A DNA stretch of 64,000 nt from Candidatus Omnitrophota bacterium (lineage in GTDB: Bacteria; Omnitrophota; Gorgyraeia; Zapsychrales; Zapsychraceae). Every line of letters starts with the position of its first letter. The stretch's first letter is position 1. The position numbers and the translations under genes were made by a program. Shown in pieces: positions 1 through 10,223 of the stretch. The notes under the pieces were generated by a model. That model saw only the letters and a program-made list of their open reading frames with translations, did not search any database and had not been told where the DNA came from. The DNA lies in the NCBI GenBank assembly GCA_020429915.1, contig JAGQKV010000002.1, positions 405,874 through 469,873 on the forward strand, given 5' to 3'.

Positions 1-1
1 C

Positions 2-151
2 TTCAAAGATGACGGCACCCTGGTCGGCACGGCGCGGACCGTTCACGTGACGATCGACAAGGACACCCAACAAAAAATTCCGTTACCCGAACGCATGAAG
101 GCCCGGATAGCGGAACTGTACGCCGCAGACAATGCCGCATCAGCGGATTAA
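2..151 (+). CDS. C-terminal fragment of a hotdog-fold acyl-CoA thioesterase (YbgC/4HBT-like; possibly DHNA-CoA thioesterase), 5'-truncated by window edge
   Basis: Frame-2 translation FKDDGTLVGTARTVHVTIDKDTQQKIPLPERMKARIAELYAADNAASAD* resembles C-termini of 4HBT-type thioesterases; convergent with men operon. Confidence 0.4.
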   Translation, partial: FKDDGTLVGTARTVHVTIDKDTQQKIPLPERMKARIAELYAADNAASAD

Positions 152-1573
152 ATGGCGCGGTTTTATCTGGGCCGTCAATCGTTTGCGATCTACCTTCAAG
201 CCCTCGTTCGACAGCTTTGGCGGCCAGCGGTAAAAGGCATCCGGCACCTTGAACTTTTCAAGACGCCCTTGGAGACGGCCGCGCAACTCTTCCGCCGTCA
301 GATTCCTGCCCTCCCGAAATTGCACGACACCGACCGGCCGCTGACCGTAACGGACCGAGGGCACCGGCAGCACCGCCGCAGCACCGATCTCTTCGAAACC
401 CATCAAAATACGCTCGATCTCCTCCGGAAAAATATTTTCGCCGCCGGATATGAACATATTGTCCATCCGCCCCAGCACCTGCAGTTCATTTTTCCGTGAC
501 AACCGTCCGCGGTCACGGGTACGGTACCACCCGTCCTTGCCGCCGACAGGTTTCAGCCGGCCCGCTTTCCAAATCCCGAGACATAGCATCGGCCCCTTGA
601 CCTGGATTTCCTCGTCCGGGCCGATCCGCACCTGCCGGTAAGCTAGCACCCGGGCCCGCCCGACATCCTCTGCTGATCGTAAACAGCGGGTGGTCGCGAC
701 CTGGGAACTCATCTCGGTCAAACCGTAGCTCGCATAAACCGGTAACCCGGCCCGGCATATCCGCCGCATTAAATCTGCAGGCATGGGACTGCCACCGAGC
801 AAAATCGCCTTAAACTTCCGCAGTTTCCGCCTAGCTGTTGCGTCCTCCATGAGCTCGCTTAACTGTGACGGCACGCATGAAATATGTGAAACGCCTGTCG
901 TTAAAATCGCTTGCGGCAATCGCACACCGGCGGCCGGAATCACTATTGTGGCACCGGCCTCAAAACATCGCCACGGGATGCTCAATCCGGCGACGTGGTA
1001 AACCGGCAATGACAACAACCAACCGTCGCCGGGCGCCAGACGGATATTCAGATTGGATCCCTTGGCGCTGTAGTGGTGATTGCCCACGGAGTGAATGACC
1101 GCCTTGGGTTCGCCGGCCGTTCCCGAAGTGAACATCACATTGGCCGGCGCATCCGTCGCGTACTCGACCTGACCCAGCGGCATAGGCCCATCCGAATCCT
1201 CATCCGGCCATTGAATCGCCTCGACCCCCTGAAAGCGGCTGCGATTGTCCGACGGGACGAGGATATGACTGCATTTCAGACGGGCATATTCCTCCATTGC
1301 CGCGCGCGCCGGCTTCCGGGTGCTGATCAGGCATGCGGTGCATCCTATGCGGATTAAAGCAAAATAGGCAATAATAAAGCCAGCCGAGGGCTCCGCCACC
1401 AAGGCGACACGCCGGCCTTTTCTGGCGCCGCCTTCAAGCAGTTGTCCCACGTAGGACGTAATGTTTTGTTCCAATTGCAGGTAGGTCAGCTGTCGGTCAC
1501 CGTACTGGACTGCCGAAGTGTTCCGTCGCGCTCCGCTAGCGATGCGGTTGATGGGACAGCGAAGGGTTTTCAT
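140..1573 (-). CDS. menE: O-succinylbenzoate-CoA ligase (AMP-binding acyl-CoA synthetase family)
   Basis: 477 aa AMP-binding-type protein; 4-nt overlap with menC; last gene of men operon. Confidence 0.75.
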   Translation of the reverse strand: MKTLRCPINRIASGARRNTSAVQYGDRQLTYLQLEQNITSYVGQLLEGGARKGRRVALVAEPSAGFIIAYFALIRIGCTACLISTRKPARAAMEEYARLKCSHILVPSDNRSRFQGVEAIQWPDEDSDGPMPLGQVEYATDAPANVMFTSGTAGEPKAVIHSVGNHHYSAKGSNLNIRLAPGDGWLLSLPVYHVAGLSIPWRCFEAGATIVIPAAGVRLPQAILTTGVSHISCVPSQLSELMEDATARRKLRKFKAILLGGSPMPADLMRRICRAGLPVYASYGLTEMSSQVATTRCLRSAEDVGRARVLAYRQVRIGPDEEIQVKGPMLCLGIWKAGRLKPVGGKDGWYRTRDRGRLSRKNELQVLGRMDNMFISGGENIFPEEIERILMGFEEIGAAAVLPVPSVRYGQRPVGVVQFREGRNLTAEELRGRLQGRLEKFKVPDAFYRWPPKLSNEGLKVDRKRLTAQIKPRHLIR

Positions 1574-2670
1574 GAAAGAGGGACTTCAGTGAGCAGGTCG
1601 AAATTGATATCGGCGGCGGTCATGCGCCGGCCACCGATTTCCATTTTGCCACGCTGGATCTCCAGCGGTTCGCGCAATAAATCCGACTCAAACCACTTGC
1701 CCGTATCCAGACCGGCTGCGTTGTTACGAAAGGAACAGCCGGCGAGATTGGCCAGGCACAACAAGCCGAGCGAAGATTCGAATATGGAACTGATCAGGGT
1801 ATTGATCCCCTGCGCCTTGGCGTCGCGTACCCAATCCCAGGTCTTTTCAATGCCGCCGATAATCGAAGGCTTCAGCACGATCACGTCCACCCCCTCCATT
1901 TTCTTGACATCATTGAAACTGACAACCCGCAGGGTTTCATCCAGGGCGACCGGGATGGTTGTCCGCCTGAAAAACTCGGGGATATCCGGATGCGATGCCA
2001 GCGGCTCCTCGATATAATCGACGGCGGCCAAGCCGACTTCATTGCCGAAATAAACCGCTTCATCGAGCGACCACGCCTGATTGGCATCGAGATGCAATAA
2101 CGCGTGGCCGTCGATGGCCTGGGAAATCCCTTTAACCAGCCGGATGTCGTCTTCAAGAGAGCGGCCGACCTTGAGTTTGATCGCGGTGAATCCCTCCGCT
2201 ACCAGCTGCCGGGCTTGTTCGATCAAAAGCGCCGGCTCACCCTGCAACAACCCGTTGATCGGAATGTGTGTGTGGCGGGTATCAGCCAGCAATTCCGTAA
2301 GCGTTACATCACGACCGCCCGCGATGAGATTGAGGATCGCCATCTCGATGCCGAAGGCGACGCTCGGCAGCAGCGAAAAATTTCCGAGCCAATCGTGAAA
2401 GCCACCCTCGAGCCGCTCCAAATGGTCCGGCATATGGTCCGCCATCAGCACGTGCCGCAACTGGCCGAGCTGGTCCCGGACGGAGGTCATAGATTCGGAA
2501 CTGAATCCTTCTAACGGAGAGATTTCACCATAACCGCGCGCCGGCCCGGCCCCCAGCTCCAAAACATAACCTGTCCGGCTAAGCACTTGATGACCTTTCA
2601 CCACGATCGGCCGAAGCAGTTTGAGTTCGTACGAGTAAAGTTTGACGATGTCGATCTTCATAAGATCCAT
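1570..2670 (-). CDS. menC: o-succinylbenzoate synthase (enolase superfamily, MR/MLE-like)
   Basis: 366 aa; KLKVG...DANQAWS...DYIEEP enolase-superfamily metal-binding pattern; operon context. Confidence 0.8.
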   Translation of the reverse strand: MDLMKIDIVKLYSYELKLLRPIVVKGHQVLSRTGYVLELGAGPARGYGEISPLEGFSSESMTSVRDQLGQLRHVLMADHMPDHLERLEGGFHDWLGNFSLLPSVAFGIEMAILNLIAGGRDVTLTELLADTRHTHIPINGLLQGEPALLIEQARQLVAEGFTAIKLKVGRSLEDDIRLVKGISQAIDGHALLHLDANQAWSLDEAVYFGNEVGLAAVDYIEEPLASHPDIPEFFRRTTIPVALDETLRVVSFNDVKKMEGVDVIVLKPSIIGGIEKTWDWVRDAKAQGINTLISSIFESSLGLLCLANLAGCSFRNNAAGLDTGKWFESDLLREPLEIQRGKMEIGGRRMTAADINFDLLTEVPLS

Positions 2671-3542
2671 CCCACGGAAAACAAGGCACTGTAAATCAAC
2701 AGAATCTTCCCGGTAAACGCCAGCGTGGCATTCAGCCGCTCCCCATCGGTGCTGCCGAAAACCGTCCTTATGCCGGGCAATGCCAACACGCTGATGACAC
2801 TGCAGACCAGGATCGCCACATGATCGTGGATGAGCATGTAAATCAGGACCGGGAGCAGCGCGGCCAGCATCAGACTCACCGCATACTCATACTGACCGAA
2901 TATCGGGCCGAACCGCACCGCCAGCGTTTTTTTACCGCTGCGCCGGTCGCCATCGATATCGCGGTAGTTGTTGACGGCGAGGATGGCCACGGAAATCAAC
3001 CCAGGCCCCAAACCGGCCAGAATTACGGCATAATTCAGTTCGTATGTCTGCACCAGGTATGTTCCGCCCACCGCGACGGGACCGAAAAAAACCAGCACAA
3101 AAAGTTCTCCCAGCCCGAGATATCCCAGCGGCTTAGGTCCTGCCGTATAAAAAATACCGGAAAGGATGCAAACGACCCCGAGCAGACCGATGGGCCAGCC
3201 GCCGCGTTGGACCAATATAAGAAAACCCAGCATGGTCACCGCGAAGACTCCGGCAAAGGCGTTGCGCACCGTTTCAGGTTTGATCAGTCCGGCCTGCGTG
3301 ACTCGCACCGGCCCCACGCGCTCGGCAGTGTCCGTGCCCTTTTTGAAATCATAGTAGTCGTTCGCCAGGTTGGTGCCGATTTGGATCGTCACGGCGGTCA
3401 ACAAACACACCAGCGCCGTCGGCCAGTGCCAGAGTCCGTCGCCGAAGGCCATGGCCGTACCGATGACTACCGGCGCGATCGCCGCCGGCAAAGTCTTGGG
3501 ACGGCACGCCAGCATCCAGTTTTTGATGGCCATTGAGGTCAT
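2658..3542 (-). CDS. menA: 1,4-dihydroxy-2-naphthoate polyprenyltransferase (UbiA family)
   Basis: 294 aa polytopic membrane protein, UbiA-type NDxxD-like motifs (NDYYD, NNYRDIDGD). Confidence 0.85.
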   Translation of the reverse strand: MTSMAIKNWMLACRPKTLPAAIAPVVIGTAMAFGDGLWHWPTALVCLLTAVTIQIGTNLANDYYDFKKGTDTAERVGPVRVTQAGLIKPETVRNAFAGVFAVTMLGFLILVQRGGWPIGLLGVVCILSGIFYTAGPKPLGYLGLGELFVLVFFGPVAVGGTYLVQTYELNYAVILAGLGPGLISVAILAVNNYRDIDGDRRSGKKTLAVRFGPIFGQYEYAVSLMLAALLPVLIYMLIHDHVAILVCSVISVLALPGIRTVFGSTDGERLNATLAFTGKILLIYSALFSVGWIL

Positions 3543-3547
3543 AATCG

Positions 3548-4381
3548 TTACGGGCGTCGCGGAAACTTTGAAAAGTCCGGCTTACGTTTTTCTACAAAGG
3601 CGTTGCGGCCTTCCTGTCCTTCCTCACTCATGTAAAACAGCATCGTCGCGTTGCCCGCTAATTCCTGTAAACCGGCTTGTCCGTCGCAATCAGCATTCAA
3701 CGCCGCCTTCAAACAACGTATGGCCAACGGCGAATTGCTGAGGATCTCGCGACACCATTGCACGGTCTCCGCTTCGAGCTGATCCAACGGAACAACCGTA
3801 TTGACCAAGCCCATCGCCAGCGCCTGCTGCGCATCGTATTGCCGGCAAAGAAACCAGATTTCACGTGCCTTTTTTTGTCCGACGATACGGGCCATGTAAC
3901 TGGCGCCGTACCCCCCGTCAAAGGAGCCGACCCGCGGGCCGGTCTGGCCGAAACGGGCATTTTCCGCCGCGATCGTCAGGTCGCATAAAAGGTGCAGAAT
4001 ATGTCCGCCGCCGATCGCGTAACCGGCGACCATGGCGACAATCGGCTTGGGACAGGTGCGCATCTGGCGCTGGAAGTCCAGCACATTCAGACGATTCGTC
4101 CCGTCGCTGTCCTTATATCCGGCGTCCCCGCGGATTTTTTGATCACCGCCGGAACAAAATGCCTTGTCGCCCTCACCAGTAAGAATAATGACACCGATGG
4201 ATTCATCGTCTCGCGCCTCGTTAAGGGCATGAGACATTTCGTGAACGGTCTGGGGCCGGAAGGCGTTGCGGACCTGCGGCCGGTTGATGGTAATCTTGGC
4301 GATCCCCTCGGCCTTATCATACTTAATATCTTCGTACTGTCCGGCTGATTGCCACTGTATCGATTCTCTCGTCATGGTCAT
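3548..4381 (-). CDS. menB: 1,4-dihydroxy-2-naphthoyl-CoA synthase (crotonase family)
   Basis: [20 protein letters not shown]-terminal KRKPDF motifs typical of MenB. Confidence 0.9.
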   Translation of the reverse strand: MTMTRESIQWQSAGQYEDIKYDKAEGIAKITINRPQVRNAFRPQTVHEMSHALNEARDDESIGVIILTGEGDKAFCSGGDQKIRGDAGYKDSDGTNRLNVLDFQRQMRTCPKPIVAMVAGYAIGGGHILHLLCDLTIAAENARFGQTGPRVGSFDGGYGASYMARIVGQKKAREIWFLCRQYDAQQALAMGLVNTVVPLDQLEAETVQWCREILSNSPLAIRCLKAALNADCDGQAGLQELAGNATMLFYMSEEGQEGRNAFVEKRKPDFSKFPRRP

Positions 4382-4382
4382 G

Positions 4383-6152
4383 TTATCCTCTTTCCTGCTT
4401 TCCCAAAGATTTGCGGATTCGGTTGGCGATGGTTTGATGCAAACGGAAGTTCTCTCGGCGGTCGGTCACCACTTCGATGAGTGTGGCGGACTTCGCTTTG
4501 ACGGCGGCGCGGTACGCCTTCTCAAAAGAAGCCGTCGTTTCAGGCCGCTCATAGTGCACGTGAAATTGGCGGGCGATATCGTCAAAATGCATGCCGTGCG
4601 GTGCGGCAAAATAGCGCTCAAAGTCCTTATTATTTTCGGCAATAGGCAGAAATTCAAAAATGCCGCCGCCGTTGTTATTCAGCACGACAATAACCGCGGG
4701 AGGCACATCCCGGGACCACAGCGCCAACGAATTCATGTCGTAGAGAAACGCCAGATCGCCCACCAGGACCGTCACCGGGCGACTCAAACCCTTGGCAAAA
4801 CCGGCGGCGCTGGCCAGTATGCCGTCGATGCCGCTGGCTCCGCGGTTGGCGCCCACCGGCACCTCATGGCGTCCGTCGGCGAAGGCGTCCATTTCCCTCA
4901 CCGCGAGACTGTTGGATACGAACAGCACGTGCGGTTTGGGCAGACAGTTGCTGACGATCTGCATGACGGCCGGCTCGCTGATCCGGGAGTCCCCCGCGCC
5001 CCATTGCCGAATCGTATTTTGAATGGCGGCTTCCTTCCGTTGAAAACGCTTGAGATGTTGTCCGGCCGGACGTTGGCGGACCGCTTGTGCCAACTTGCGC
5101 GCGAATTCCCCGGGGCAGCCTTGAACCCGGATTTCCACCTGATGCTGCGGATCGTTTCGCAACGGATGGTTGAGCACCATGATCACGTCCCGCGGACAAT
5201 AGCGCGCCAACCATTCATAATATGACTTGGCGGTCATGCGACCGCCGAGGTGCAACACCGCATCCACTCCCTCCCGGAGATACGGCAGCAGGTGCTGATA
5301 ATGCCGGATAACAAGATCGCCGTGCGGCGCCAGACGCAATCCCGAAGTGATATCGGGAAAGACCGGCCACTGCAGTTTCTGCGCCAAGCGCAGAACATGG
5401 CGGGTCGCCGCGGGTCCGGACAATTTTCCGCAAACAATGACTCCGGTTTTAGCCGATAGTATCCGTCCCGTGACGGCCTCAACGGCGGCCGCGGCGGGCA
5501 GCGTCTCGGGTGAAAAACAGGTCGTGTATGGGCGGGCGGTGCGCGCCCAACCGTACAACGCAGGGCCAACCGCGGAACCCAGACGGCCCTGTTGGGACTC
5601 GGCGGCAAACGGCTCACGGAACATCCAGTTAATATGGACCGGACCGGGAATCTCGCCCTGCGAACGATAGACGGCCTGATCCATGGTCGTCAATACAAAG
5701 GCCGGGTCGGTCTCAGCGCAGGCCACCGGCAGATCCGTTTCCCACCGGACGTAGCCGGAAAAGATGCCGGGCTGCGTGATCGTTTGATTGGCCCCGGTTT
5801 GACGCAACTCGGGAGGCCGGTCGGCGCTGAGTACCACCAGTGGCAGCTTTTTCTTGGAAGCCTCGATAACTGCGGGCAACAAATTGGCCACGGCCGTCCC
5901 CGATGTCGTAATCACAGCCACCCCGCCTTTACGGGCGGCGGCATAACCCAGGGCATAAAATCCCAAACCGCGCTCATCAAAGTGTACCAGCTGCCGCGCC
6001 TTGGGATTGGCCGCAACCGCCACGGTCAGCGGCGTGGAGCGCGATCCCGGCGCAACACAAAAATACTCGACACCACAGCGGATCAATTCCTCAACGGCGA
6101 GGTCGGCCCATAATTGTTGAAGGTCCGCACTTTTAATCTTTCGGGAACTCAT
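4383..6152 (-). CDS. menD: SEPHCHC synthase (2-succinyl-5-enolpyruvyl-6-hydroxy-3-cyclohexene-1-carboxylate synthase), ThDP-dependent
   Basis: 589 aa ThDP enzyme-like sequence, operon position between menF and menB. Confidence 0.85.
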   Translation of the reverse strand: MSSRKIKSADLQQLWADLAVEELIRCGVEYFCVAPGSRSTPLTVAVAANPKARQLVHFDERGLGFYALGYAAARKGGVAVITTSGTAVANLLPAVIEASKKKLPLVVLSADRPPELRQTGANQTITQPGIFSGYVRWETDLPVACAETDPAFVLTTMDQAVYRSQGEIPGPVHINWMFREPFAAESQQGRLGSAVGPALYGWARTARPYTTCFSPETLPAAAAVEAVTGRILSAKTGVIVCGKLSGPAATRHVLRLAQKLQWPVFPDITSGLRLAPHGDLVIRHYQHLLPYLREGVDAVLHLGGRMTAKSYYEWLARYCPRDVIMVLNHPLRNDPQHQVEIRVQGCPGEFARKLAQAVRQRPAGQHLKRFQRKEAAIQNTIRQWGAGDSRISEPAVMQIVSNCLPKPHVLFVSNSLAVREMDAFADGRHEVPVGANRGASGIDGILASAAGFAKGLSRPVTVLVGDLAFLYDMNSLALWSRDVPPAVIVVLNNNGGGIFEFLPIAENNKDFERYFAAPHGMHFDDIARQFHVHYERPETTASFEKAYRAAVKAKSATLIEVVTDRRENFRLHQTIANRIRKSLGKQERG

Positions 6153-7522
6153 CCGAATACTTTCATGAACCGACTGATCTTGGTTTCAATCTCTTCCCAC
6201 TCGTCATCGGCCTGAGAACCTTCGACGATCCCGGCCCCGGCATACAGGGACAAGATGTGATCGACGACCAATCCCGAGCGGATCGCCACGGCAAACTCAC
6301 AGGATCGGCGGGCGATCCACCCGACCGGCCCCGCGTACCAGCCGCGGGAAAATTCTTCCAAGGCACTGATTTGCCGGCAGGCCTGCGCCGCCGGATATCC
6401 ACCCACGGCAGGGGTCGGATGCAGCGCCCGCAATATGTCGGCCCGTGTGACATCGGCCGACAAGCGCCCGGTCATTTGGGTACAAAGATGCTGCACATTA
6501 TTCAACGCCATGACACCCGGTTCGGCAGGAATTTCAAACTCCGTGCACAACCGCTGCAGCTCCGTACGCAGATGATCGACCACAAACTGCTGCTCCCGCC
6601 GACACTTATCGGAGGCCAACAACTCCCGCCTGAAGGCCTGGGCCTCCTGTTCGCAGACCCCAGCCGGCATCGTCCCCGCCACCGCTTCGGTCAGAATCCG
6701 GTCTCCGTCGAGGCGAAATAAACGTTCGGGAGGCGCACCGACAAAACCGTGATGCGGACGCGGTTGAAAACAAAAATGATAGCAAGCGGGAGACGTCTGG
6801 CTTAAGAAATTGACGAGCGCGCTCGGCCGGATGGGCACATGAAACGCGAAATTACTTTGCCGGGCCAGCACGATCTTATGGTTGCGCTCCAGCCGCAAAC
6901 CGTCCACCAGTCTCCGCCAGGCTCCCCGGTTCGGAAAATCCACCCGGCTTAACCGGCGCGGCACCTGCCGGTAGCGCGTTTCCCCCGAGAACTCCAAGTC
7001 TTGCAACTCGCCGACCACCTGAGAAACAATGTCCGGCGTAATCTCCGCCACCCGTATATTGACGGCGAACACATACTCCGTATCACGACGGACAACTTCA
7101 AACCGGGGGACGACCCAGCGATACGCGCCAAAATCACACCATACGCCAGCTTCATCGCCTGGATCAAAACTGAAACCGCCGTAAAACCGAACCCGCTGAT
7201 TGTCGTCTCCGAGGCTCGCGTCAACGGCATCAAAGACTTCCTGATAGTCCGCCGATCCCGATCCGGTGAGCATTTTGGCCCGTCCGACACCGGCAGTTTC
7301 CTCAATACCTTCCCGGTCCGACCAATAAATCTTCTCGGCATTGACTTGGTTATGCAACCAACCCAACGGACGCATCGGCTCACAGTGAAACTCAAATCGC
7401 AAAACCGTGTCGGCGTCGCCTATCGCCGAGACCATTTGCGGCAACCGGGAAATCTGACCGGTCACGGCCTCACGGAGCTCCGCGTGACCGTACACACGGT
7501 CACTGCAAAACAAGGTCATCAT
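6149..7522 (-). CDS. menF: isochorismate synthase (chorismate-binding enzyme)
   Basis: 457 aa chorismate-utilising enzyme C-terminal domain (GGYPAAQA...SRGWYAGPVGW... AGAGIV). Confidence 0.85.
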   Translation of the reverse strand: MMTLFCSDRVYGHAELREAVTGQISRLPQMVSAIGDADTVLRFEFHCEPMRPLGWLHNQVNAEKIYWSDREGIEETAGVGRAKMLTGSGSADYQEVFDAVDASLGDDNQRVRFYGGFSFDPGDEAGVWCDFGAYRWVVPRFEVVRRDTEYVFAVNIRVAEITPDIVSQVVGELQDLEFSGETRYRQVPRRLSRVDFPNRGAWRRLVDGLRLERNHKIVLARQSNFAFHVPIRPSALVNFLSQTSPACYHFCFQPRPHHGFVGAPPERLFRLDGDRILTEAVAGTMPAGVCEQEAQAFRRELLASDKCRREQQFVVDHLRTELQRLCTEFEIPAEPGVMALNNVQHLCTQMTGRLSADVTRADILRALHPTPAVGGYPAAQACRQISALEEFSRGWYAGPVGWIARRSCEFAVAIRSGLVVDHILSLYAGAGIVEGSQADDEWEEIETKISRFMKVFG

Positions 7523-8247
7523 TCCCGCTCACCCTGATAGATCGTGGCGACACCGAACAGCTGCGGGTGCGCACTGACACGGGAAAATCCCGCCCGACGC
7601 ATCAGTTCGCAAAACTCCTCCCCATAAGGAAATTGCTCAATCGTTTCGTTGAGGTACTTGTAGGCCGCGTACTCGCCGCTCAATAACCAGCCTAAGGCCG
7701 GAACGACGGTGCGCAAGTACAGCAAATGCCCCGCGCGCAACAACGGATTCTTCGGAAAAGAAAACTCCAATATCAGGCTACGCCCGCCCGGTCGCAATAC
7801 GCGGCGCATTTCTTGCAGGGCCACCAGGGGATCATCCACATTGCGGATTCCGAAAGCGATCGTGGTGCAATTGAAGGTTTCTGCTTCAAATGGAATTTTA
7901 TTGGCATTGGCCGTGCGCAGGGTGAGCCTTTTATCAAGATTCTTTTTGATGATTTTCCTGCGGCCGATGTCCAGCATGCGAGCCGCCATATCCACTCCCA
8001 CGCCTTCGGTCAGCCGCGGTGCGTTCTCCGCCAGCGTGATCAGGACATCCGCGGTCCCGGTGGCCAAATCAAGTAATTTAAGATCCGGCTTGTCGGGCAA
8101 ATACGTACACAGCCGGCGGCGCCAGGAAAGGTCCAGCCCCAACGATAACAACCGGTTGAGCAGATCATAACGGGCCGAGATCCGGTTAAACATTTTCCAG
8201 GAATCGGACTTAGGGACAGGAAATTGACGGTCGACGGGATCGGTCAT
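7519..8247 (-). CDS. menG: demethylmenaquinone methyltransferase (UbiE/MenG SAM-dependent methyltransferase)
   Basis: 242 aa; LDLATGTADV SAM motif I; UbiE-like N-terminus FNRISARYDLLN. Confidence 0.85.
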   Translation of the reverse strand: MTDPVDRQFPVPKSDSWKMFNRISARYDLLNRLLSLGLDLSWRRRLCTYLPDKPDLKLLDLATGTADVLITLAENAPRLTEGVGVDMAARMLDIGRRKIIKKNLDKRLTLRTANANKIPFEAETFNCTTIAFGIRNVDDPLVALQEMRRVLRPGGRSLILEFSFPKNPLLRAGHLLYLRTVVPALGWLLSGEYAAYKYLNETIEQFPYGEEFCELMRRAGFSRVSAHPQLFGVATIYQGERE

Positions 8248-8364
8248 TGTGTTCTCTTTTGATTAAGCGGACAGCGAATTTGTCAGAAGATGGTGTATGC
8301 TAACACATTTGGTAGGCAAATTCAAAGCGTAATCCACGGACGGAATCGGCCGGGGGATCCGGGA

Positions 8365-9300
8365 TTACTGCTGGGAAAGGTAGCGTTCGGCCTCCAGGGC
8401 GGCCATGCAACCGGACCCGGCCGCGGTTACCGCCTGGCGGTAAATTTTGTCCTGGACATCCCCGCAGGCAAATACTCCCGGGCGGCTGGTGGCGGTCGAC
8501 TTGCCGCGGGTGACGATGTACCCCGTTTCATCCGTCTCGAGTTGGCCGTCGAGAAAAGCCGTGTTCGGTTCATGGCCGATGGCATAAAACAAACCGCCGG
8601 CCGCGGGAAGACTTTCACCTCCGGATTGATTGTCCACCAGTTTTACCTGCTCCAAACTGTTCTCCCCCAGAACCTCACGTAACTCCGTGTGCCACATAAC
8701 GTCGATTTTCTCGTTACGCGTTACCCGTTCCTGCATAACCTTCGAGGCCCGCATCACGTCCCGCCGGACACACATGATGACCTTGCTGGCGTACTTGGTC
8801 AGATACATCGCCTCCTCGCAGGCCGTATCACCGCCTCCGATCACAAATAAAACCTTATTGCGAAAGATAGGCAACGCCCCATCGCAGACTGCGCAGGCCG
8901 AAATCCCCCGTTGCCAAAGCTTGTCTTCCCCCGTTACGTGCAGGCGCTTGGCCGTCGCCCCGGTGGCGATAATCAATGTCATGCACTCAAGGCTGCTCTT
9001 TCCCGCGGTGACCTTAAAGGGAGCCGTACTCAGATCGACCTTGTCTACGGTCACGGTCTCAATGCGGGCACCGCATTTGAGCGATTGTTCGCGGCACCGT
9101 TCCATCAGTTCCGGCCCCATAATGCCCTGGGGAAAGCCCGGGAAATTTTCGACATCCGTCGTGGTCGTCAGCTGTCCGCCGGCCGCCACACCGCCGGCCA
9201 TCAAACCTTCAAACATCACGGGTTTCAACTGGGCACGTCCGGCGTAGATCGCTGCCGTATGGGCTGCGGGCCCTGAACCTATGATTATGACTCTTTCCAT
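8365..9300 (-). CDS. trxB: thioredoxin-disulfide reductase
   Basis: 311 aa; [13 protein letters not shown] motif, CAVCDG redox-active disulfide, second GGGD NAD(P) motif. Confidence 0.9.
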   Translation of the reverse strand: MERVIIIGSGPAAHTAAIYAGRAQLKPVMFEGLMAGGVAAGGQLTTTTDVENFPGFPQGIMGPELMERCREQSLKCGARIETVTVDKVDLSTAPFKVTAGKSSLECMTLIIATGATAKRLHVTGEDKLWQRGISACAVCDGALPIFRNKVLFVIGGGDTACEEAMYLTKYASKVIMCVRRDVMRASKVMQERVTRNEKIDVMWHTELREVLGENSLEQVKLVDNQSGGESLPAAGGLFYAIGHEPNTAFLDGQLETDETGYIVTRGKSTATSRPGVFACGDVQDKIYRQAVTAAGSGCMAALEAERYLSQQ

Positions 9301-9301
9301 G

Positions 9302-10219
9302 CTAAATCTTGTATTTGTCGAGGATCTTGGTCCGGTCTTTGGAGCCGGCGGCCGCGACCTGTTCCTGCATCAGGGTATCGTACCGGGGTTTGGCCGGATC
9401 ATGATACAGCAGGCCGAAATAGGTCCTGTCGGTATTGGCCAGGGCGAACGCCGCCGTCAAGTCAGAGGGATCATGTTGCAGCTGCTCGGTCTTGTCAGCG
9501 ATCCGCTTGTCGGGCGGGATTCCCTTTTCATGCGTGAGAAAAGAAAACCAATCGGTGGATTTGTGTTCAAAATTATACGGGTCGAAATGCGGACACCGCT
9601 GCGAAACGTGTACAAACGAAAATCCTTTGTGACGGTAGGCCGCCTCCAGCGTATTGACCAAATGATCCGGCATCCAGTCGGCCGTATTAGCCACGAAGGA
9701 AGCGCCGATCCCCAAGACCATACGCAAGGCTTTAATCGGCGCCAGATAAGTACCGGCCGGTTGGGTGTTTGTCTTGTGACCTTGCCGAGTGGTCGGCGAG
9801 GTTTGACTCTTGGTCAGCGCGTACAACTCATTGTCATAAAGGACAAAGACGCAGTTAAAATTCTTGTTGAGCCCGTGGATAAGATGATTCCCGCCGATAC
9901 TGATGGCATCTCCGTCGCCGGAATGAATAAACAGGTTAAGCTCCGGACGGGTTAGAGACAATCCGGTCGCCACCGGGATGGCGCGGCCGTGAATCGAATG
10001 CACACCGTAAGTATTAATGTAAAACGGAGCCCGTCCTGAGCAACCGATGCCTGAGATATTCACGGTATTGTGCGGCGCTATGGCCTGATTAACCATAAAG
10101 CGCTTGATACCCATGATAATACTGAAATCACCGCAGCCCGCGCACCAGCGGGGATTTTCGGTGTTGAGTTCCTTGATCGTCAGCGGGGATTGGGATGATG
10201 GCTCGGTAGCGGTGGTCAT
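9302..10219 (-). CDS. korB: 2-oxoacid:ferredoxin oxidoreductase beta subunit (ThDP-binding)
   Basis: 305 aa; CAGCGDFS ThDP-binding beta-subunit signature; adjacent to alpha subunit. Confidence 0.8.
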   Translation of the reverse strand: MTTATEPSSQSPLTIKELNTENPRWCAGCGDFSIIMGIKRFMVNQAIAPHNTVNISGIGCSGRAPFYINTYGVHSIHGRAIPVATGLSLTRPELNLFIHSGDGDAISIGGNHLIHGLNKNFNCVFVLYDNELYALTKSQTSPTTRQGHKTNTQPAGTYLAPIKALRMVLGIGASFVANTADWMPDHLVNTLEAAYRHKGFSFVHVSQRCPHFDPYNFEHKSTDWFSFLTHEKGIPPDKRIADKTEQLQHDPSDLTAAFALANTDRTYFGLLYHDPAKPRYDTLMQEQVAAAGSKDRTKILDKYKI

Positions 10220-10223
10220 TTGC

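Noticed and set aside
2820-3536. 238-aa plus-strand ORF antisense to menA
   Set aside because: Arg/His-rich, low-complexity translation typical of antisense frames in GC-rich DNA; fully inside a well-supported gene.
4266-5225. 319-aa plus-strand ORF antisense to menD
   Set aside because: Spurious antisense ORF; menD on the opposite strand has clear family features.
8330-8364. GC-rich imperfect inverted repeat (AATCGGCCGGGGGATCCGGGATT) after trxB
   Set aside because: Arms do not pair well (mismatches in the stem) and no T-tract; not called as a terminator.
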